From: an uncultured Thiobacillus sp.
GTDB taxonomy: Bacteria > Pseudomonadota > Gammaproteobacteria > Burkholderiales > Thiobacillaceae
Reading direction: 5' to 3'
Assembly (NCBI GenBank): GCA_964623745.1
Contig: CAZUVC010000009.1
Location: forward strand, 10,221-74,220
Length of the DNA: 64,000 nt
Part shown: piece by piece, positions 59,072 to 64,000 of the stretch
How positions within the stretch are numbered: position 1 is the stretch's first letter
Layout of the letters: every line of letters begins with the position of its first letter
Notes under the pieces: model-generated
What the model saw: the letters and a program-made list of their open reading frames with translations, nothing else
The model's database searches: none
Told to the model about the DNA's origin: nothing
Program-made: the position numbers and the translations under genes

Positions 59072-60933
59072 CAGCCAAAGGTTTCCAGCTTTTGCCCAGC
59101 CATCGCGCGGCGCACGTTCTGGTCCATGCGGCGCTGGGCGAACTCGGTGGTCACCGCATTCAGTGCCTCGATGCCGCGCTTGATCGCCTGGTGGTCCGTG
59201 CCTGCCATCCGTGTTTCAAGATCGGCGATGCCGGCTTCGATTGCCGCGGTTTCGGCTTCGTCGAGCAGCGCGGCGTCTTCTGCCAACGCCGCACGGGTGG
59301 CAGCGATCAGGCCCTGCGCGTCGACGATCTGCTCGTTCAGCGCGCGCGCGTACATGTCGTCCTTGGCGTGGGTGAAGGCGTCCTTCAGCATGCGGGTGAT
59401 CTCGTCGTCACCCAGTCCGTACGACGGCTTGACCTGCACGCTGGCTTCGACGCCACTGCTCTGCTCGCGCGCCGCCACCGACAACAGGCCGTCGGCATCG
59501 ACCTGGAAGGTGACGCGAATGCGCGCCGCCCCCGCCACCATCGGCGGGATGCCGCGCAGCTCGAAGCGCGCCAGCGAACGGCAGTCGGATGCCAGCTCGC
59601 GCTCGCCCTGCAGCACGTGCACGCTCATCGCGGTCTGGCCGTCCTTGAAGGTGGTGAATTCCTGCGCGCGCGCAGTGGGGATCGTGGTGTTGCGCGGGAT
59701 GACCTTCTCGGTCAGCCCGCCCATGGTTTCGAGGCCGAGCGACAGCGGGATCACGTCGAGCAGCAGCCAGTCGTCGCCGACGCGGTTGCCGGCCAGCACG
59801 TCGGCCTGCATGGCGGCGCCGAGCGCGACCACCTTGTCGGGGTCGAGATTGGTCAGCGGCGTCTGCTTGAAGAAATCGGCGACCGCATGGCGGATGCACG
59901 GCATCCGGGTGGAACCGCCGACCATCACCACGCCCTTCACTTCATCGGCGGACAGTCCGGCGTCACGCAACGCCTTGCGCGTGGGTGCCAGCGTCTTGCT
60001 GACGAGGCTCGCCGTCATGCTGTTGAATTCGGTTTGGGTCAGCGTGGCGTCCATCATTTCGCCGGTCGACAGCACGGCGGTGACGCGCACGTCGGTGTGC
60101 TCGGTCAGCGCTTCCTTGGCGTCGCGCGCCTTCGTCAGCAACAGCCGCATGTCGCCTGCCGACAGCGGCTGGAAGCGACCCTGTTCGACGATCCAGCAGA
60201 ACACGCGCTGGTCGAAGTCGTCGCCGCCGAGCGCCGAGTCGCCGTTGGTGGCGAGCACTTCGAACACGCCCTTCGACAGCCTGAGGATGGAGATGTCAAA
60301 GGTGCCGCCGCCGAGGTCGTACACCGCGTAGACGCCTTCGGACGCGTTGTCGAGGCCGTAGGCGATCGCTGCGGCGGTCGGTTCGTTCAGCAGGCGCAGC
60401 ACGTTGAGGCCAGCCAACTGCGCGGCATCCTTGGTGGCCTGGCGCTGGGCATCGTCGAAGTAGGCGGGCACGGTAATCACCGCGCCGACGAGTTCGCCGC
60501 CGAGCGCGGTTTCGGCGCGCTGGCGCAGGGTTTTCAGAATTTCGGCCGACACCTCGACCGGGCTTTTGATGCCGGCCGCGGTTTTGAGCTGCACCATGCC
60601 CGGCGCATCGACGAAGCGATACGGCAGGCTGGCGATGTCGTCGATGTCGGCAATGCCGCGCCCCATGAAGCGCTTCACCGAAGCGATGGCATTGTGCGGA
60701 TCGCTGTTTTGCGCGGCCTTCGCGGCATACCCCACCTCGATCTCGCCGCTGGCACAGTAGCGCACCACAGACGGCAGCAGCGAATGACCCGCTTCGTCGT
60801 CCAGCACCACGGCGAGGCCGGAGCGCACCGTCGACACCAGCGAATTGGTCGTGCCCAGGTCGATTCCCACCGCCAGCCGATGCTGGTGCGGAGCGGTGGA
60901 CATGCCCGGTTCGGCAATCTGCAGCAAAGCCAT
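59071..60933 (-). CDS. hscA: Fe-S chaperone HscA
   Basis: [19 protein letters not shown] Hsp70 motifs. Confidence 0.95.
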   Translation of the reverse strand: MALLQIAEPGMSTAPHQHRLAVGIDLGTTNSLVSTVRSGLAVVLDDEAGHSLLPSVVRYCASGEIEVGYAAKAAQNSDPHNAIASVKRFMGRGIADIDDIASLPYRFVDAPGMVQLKTAAGIKSPVEVSAEILKTLRQRAETALGGELVGAVITVPAYFDDAQRQATKDAAQLAGLNVLRLLNEPTAAAIAYGLDNASEGVYAVYDLGGGTFDISILRLSKGVFEVLATNGDSALGGDDFDQRVFCWIVEQGRFQPLSAGDMRLLLTKARDAKEALTEHTDVRVTAVLSTGEMMDATLTQTEFNSMTASLVSKTLAPTRKALRDAGLSADEVKGVVMVGGSTRMPCIRHAVADFFKQTPLTNLDPDKVVALGAAMQADVLAGNRVGDDWLLLDVIPLSLGLETMGGLTEKVIPRNTTIPTARAQEFTTFKDGQTAMSVHVLQGERELASDCRSLARFELRGIPPMVAGAARIRVTFQVDADGLLSVAAREQSSGVEASVQVKPSYGLGDDEITRMLKDAFTHAKDDMYARALNEQIVDAQGLIAATRAALAEDAALLDEAETAAIEAGIADLETRMAGTDHQAIKRGIEALNAVTTEFAQRRMDQNVRRAMAGQKLETFG

Positions 60934-60934
60934 C

Positions 60935-61462
60935 TTAGCCTTCCAGTTCTTCGTAAACATCGCCGACTTCGGCGATGAGCTTGTCCATGAAACGCAGCTG
61001 GCGCACCGCCTCGCAGGCCGCCGCATAATCATGCGCAGTGTCGATCAGATCGGCCAGCTGCGCCTCGATCCGGCGGTGCGCGCTGCGCAGGTCGTCGGTC
61101 AGCGCATCCAGCGCTGCCGTGCTGTTGCCGGCGCGCGCCTCGTCGATGGCTTCACGCCATTCCATCTGCTGCATCAGAAAGGCCGGCGCCATTTTGGTGT
61201 TGCTGGCATCGAACGCGTCGATGCCCTGCAGCTTCAGCAAATACACCCCGCGGCTCACCGGATGCTTCAGCGTCTGGTAGGCCTCGTTCGCCTGGGTTGC
61301 CCACTGCATTGCCACCCGCTGTTCGGCATCCGGCTGTGCAGCAAAGCGGTCCGGGTGCACCGTGTTCTGCATGTCGCGGTAGGCGGCATCGAGTTTGTCA
61401 CGGTTCAGCGCATACGCTTGCGGCAGGCCGAACAGCTCGAAGTGGGTTTGGGTGAAATCCAT
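60935..61462 (-). CDS. hscB: Co-chaperone HscB
   Basis: J-domain [13 protein letters not shown]. Confidence 0.95.
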   Translation of the reverse strand: MDFTQTHFELFGLPQAYALNRDKLDAAYRDMQNTVHPDRFAAQPDAEQRVAMQWATQANEAYQTLKHPVSRGVYLLKLQGIDAFDASNTKMAPAFLMQQMEWREAIDEARAGNSTAALDALTDDLRSAHRRIEAQLADLIDTAHDYAAACEAVRQLRFMDKLIAEVGDVYEELEG

Positions 61463-61466
61463 TGAT

Positions 61467-61585
61467 AGGGGTCAGGGGTAGGGGTCAGGATTCAGGGGGC
61501 TTTGTCGCTACGCGTTTTTTTAAACGGCGCGGCCAAAGGCCGCACAAAAAACCCTGTCCCCTGACCCCTGAATCCCGACCCCTGA
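61467..61585. repeat. Inverted pair of heptamer tandem-repeat arms
   Basis: AGGGGTC/AGGATTC units at 61467-61499 versus CCCTGAC/CCCTGAA units at 61552-61585. Confidence 0.75.
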
Positions 61586-61587
61586 GA

Positions 61588-61911
61588 TTAAACGTTAAAC
61601 GACTCGCCGCAGCCGCACTCGTTCTTCACGTTCGGGTTGTTGAACTTGAAGCCTTCGTTCAGCCCCTCGCGGGCGTAGTCGAGTTCGGTGCCGTCGATGT
61701 AGGTGAGGCTCTTCGGATCGACGAAAACGGTCACGCCATGGCTGGTGAAGACCTCGTCGCCTTCGGGCACGTCATCGGCGAATTCCAGCTTGTAGGCCAT
61801 ACCGGAGCAGCCGGTGGTGCGCACGCCGAGACGGATGCCGACACCCTTGCCGCGTTTGGCGAGGTAGTTGGTCACGTGTTGCGCTGCGCGCTCGGACAGG
61901 GTCACCGCCAT
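61588..61911 (-). CDS. iscA: Fe-S assembly protein IscA
   Basis: TGCSGMAY and ECGCGESF motifs. Confidence 0.95.
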   Translation of the reverse strand: MAVTLSERAAQHVTNYLAKRGKGVGIRLGVRTTGCSGMAYKLEFADDVPEGDEVFTSHGVTVFVDPKSLTYIDGTELDYAREGLNEGFKFNNPNVKNECGCGESFNV

Positions 61912-61914
61912 GGC

Positions 61915-62301
61915 TTACTCCAGACCTTTTTTCTGCTTGTAGTCGGCAACCGCGGCCTTGATCGCGTCTTCGGCGAGGATCGAGCAGTGGATCTTCACCG
62001 GCGGCAACGCCAGTTCTTCGGCAATCGCCGTGTTCTTGATCTCCATCGCCTGGTCGAGCGTCTTGCCCTTGACCCATTCGGTCACCAGCGAAGACGAGGC
62101 AATTGCCGAACCGCAGCCGTAGGTCTTGAACTTGGCGTCCTCGATGCGGCCGTCGGCGCCGACCTTGATCTGCAGCTTCATCACGTCGCCGCAGGCAGGC
62201 GCGCCGACCATGCCGGTGCCAACGCCGTCGTCGTCCTTGGTGAAGGAACCCACGTTGCGGGGGTTTTCGTAGTGGTCGAGTACTTTATCGCTGTAGGACA
62301 T
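61915..62301 (-). CDS. iscU: Fe-S scaffold IscU
   Basis: PACGDVM and LPPVKIHCS motifs. Confidence 0.96.
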   Translation of the reverse strand: MSYSDKVLDHYENPRNVGSFTKDDDGVGTGMVGAPACGDVMKLQIKVGADGRIEDAKFKTYGCGSAIASSSLVTEWVKGKTLDQAMEIKNTAIAEELALPPVKIHCSILAEDAIKAAVADYKQKKGLE

Positions 62302-62323
62302 GGTGTTCTCCTTTACTTCAAAA

Positions 62324-63532
62324 TCAATGGGCAGCCCACTGCACGGAATTCAGATCGACGCCTTCCTTGAACATTTCCCACAGCGGGGAAAGCTCGCGCA
62401 ACTTGCCGATTTTTTCGTGCAGCAATTTAATCGCGTAATCGACTTCTTCCTCGGTGGTGAAGCGGCCGATCGAGAAGCGGATCGAGCTGTGCGCCAGTTC
62501 GTCGCTGCGGCCCAGTGCGCGCAGCACGTAGGACGGTTCCAGACTGGCCGAGGTGCAGGCCGAGCCTGAAGACACCGCCAGATCCTTGATCGCCATGATC
62601 AGCGACTCGCCTTCGACGAAGTTGAAGCTGACGTTGAGGTTGTGCGGCACGCGCTGCTCCATGTCGCCGTTGAGGTGCACTTCTTCGATATCTTTCAGAC
62701 CGTTGTAGAGGCGGTCGCGCAGCATGCGGATGCGCTCGTTCTCGGTGGCCATTTCCTCGCGGGCGATGCGGAAGGCTTCGCCCATGCCGACGATCTGGTG
62801 GGTGGCCAGCGTGCCCGAACGCATGCCGCGCTCGTGGCCGCCGCCATGCATCTGCGCTTCCAGGCGGATGCGCGGCTTGCGGCGCACATACAGCGCGCCG
62901 ACGCCCTTGGGACCGTAGGTCTTGTGTGCCGAAAAAGACATCAAATCCACCGGCAAGGTCTTCAGGTCGATCGGCATCTTGCCGGTGGCCTGCGCCGCGT
63001 CGACGTGGAAGATCACGCCTTTCTCGCGGCAGATTTTTCCGATGGCGTCGATGTCCTGGATCACGCCGATTTCATTGTTGACCGCCATCACCGAGACCAG
63101 CACGGTGTCGGGACGGATCGCGGCGCGCAGCACGTCGAGATCGAGCAGGCCGTTTTCCTTGACGTTCAGGTAGGTCGCCTCGAAGCCCTGGCGCTCCATC
63201 TCGCGCACGGTGTCGAGCACGGCCTTGTGCTCGGTGCGCACGGTGATGATGTGCTTGCCCTTGGTGCCGGAATAGAAATGGCCTGCGCCCTTGATGGCGA
63301 GGTTGTTCGATTCGGTGGCACCGGAGGTGAAGACGATTTCCTTGGGGTCGGCACCGACCAACGCGGCGACCTCGGCACGCGCGTCCTCGACCGCCTTGTC
63401 GGCCGTCCAGCCGTAGGGGTGCGAGCGCGACGCCGGGTTGCCGAATTCCTCGGTCAGGAAGGGAATCATCTTGGCGGCAACGCGCGGATCGACCGGGGTG
63501 GTGGCGGAATAATCAAAATACAGAGTCTTCAT
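62324..63532 (-). CDS. iscS: Cysteine desulfurase IscS
   Basis: [17 protein letters not shown] and SSGSACTS motifs. Confidence 0.96.
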   Translation of the reverse strand: MKTLYFDYSATTPVDPRVAAKMIPFLTEEFGNPASRSHPYGWTADKAVEDARAEVAALVGADPKEIVFTSGATESNNLAIKGAGHFYSGTKGKHIITVRTEHKAVLDTVREMERQGFEATYLNVKENGLLDLDVLRAAIRPDTVLVSVMAVNNEIGVIQDIDAIGKICREKGVIFHVDAAQATGKMPIDLKTLPVDLMSFSAHKTYGPKGVGALYVRRKPRIRLEAQMHGGGHERGMRSGTLATHQIVGMGEAFRIAREEMATENERIRMLRDRLYNGLKDIEEVHLNGDMEQRVPHNLNVSFNFVEGESLIMAIKDLAVSSGSACTSASLEPSYVLRALGRSDELAHSSIRFSIGRFTTEEEVDYAIKLLHEKIGKLRELSPLWEMFKEGVDLNSVQWAAH

Positions 63533-63554
63533 CGTTTTGCCCTAATTGAATCGT

Positions 63555-64000
63555 TCAAGCGGCCAGCGTGACCTTGGCGGCACGGCGGTCCTGCAACACC
63601 TTGTCCTTGCACTCGTCCTGCTTGGCCACCAGCGTCGCCAGCGTGACATTGTCCAGATAATCGTAGATATGGGCGTTGAGCCCCGTCCACAAGTCGTGCG
63701 TCAGGCAGCGGTGCTCGTCGAGGCAGTTTTCCTTGCCGCCGCACTGGGTCGCATCAATGGGTTCGTCGACCGCACGGATGATGTCGGCCACGCTGACTTC
63801 GGCAAGCGGCCGCGCCAGATAATAGCCGCCGCCGGGGCCACGTACGCTCTCGACCAGCGCATGGCGGCGCAGGCGGCTGAACAGCTGCTCCAGATACGAC
63901 AGGGAAATGTCCTGACGCTCGCTGATGCCGGCCAGTGTCACCGGACTCTTGCCGCCGCGCAGGGCCAGATCCAGCATGGCAGTGACGGCGAAACGGCCTT
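63555..64000 (-). CDS. iscR: Fe-S regulator IscR (start just outside window)
   Basis: GRFAVTAMLDLAL; C..C..C.TH cluster ligands. Confidence 0.93.
   Translation of the reverse strand, partial: GRFAVTAMLDLALRGGKSPVTLAGISERQDISLSYLEQLFSRLRRHALVESVRGPGGGYYLARPLAEVSVADIIRAVDEPIDATQCGGKENCLDEHRCLTHDLWTGLNAHIYDYLDNVTLATLVAKQDECKDKVLQDRRAAKVTLAA

Noticed and set aside
58592..60978. 579-aa and 628-aa + strand ORFs
   Set aside because: Antisense to hscA; long antisense frames are a known Hsp70-gene artefact

Overview
Chromosomal window from a GC-rich betaproteobacterium; the gene content (isc operon, tadA, integron) looks Thiobacillus-like, which is an inference. It appears to span the replication terminus: a dif site lies at 32105-32132 and KOPS octamers flip polarity across it. 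Left of dif (1-32132) is one end of a conjugative island laid out like the gonococcal genetic island (GGI). F-type traB/K/E/L/A, an OmpA-like gene and a lytic transglycosylase point left; a MobH relaxase, TraD, DUF4400 and a RelE/XRE toxin-antitoxin pair point right. About 21 kb of cargo separates these two arms: TetR-controlled RND and ABC efflux operons, and a WYL regulator upstream of a Wadjet (jetABCD) system. Right of dif are a Tat-exported transglutaminase-like gene, cusBA-like genes and two multicopper-oxidase genes with exactly complementary copper ligands. Next come a DUF2892-PAS-GGDEF-EAL gene, an L,D-transpeptidase, tadA, and an integron with 16 intact attC sites and a decaying tail that holds a nested IS5-type MITE. 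The window ends with the isc operon carrying an inserted DUF3050-like gene. The best novelty candidates are the split heteromeric two-domain multicopper oxidase, the dif-integrated GGI-like island carrying Wadjet, and an identical 19-bp box at a fixed distance from a -10-like hexamer in front of both transfer operons. All family assignments are by eye from motifs and synteny; no searches were run.
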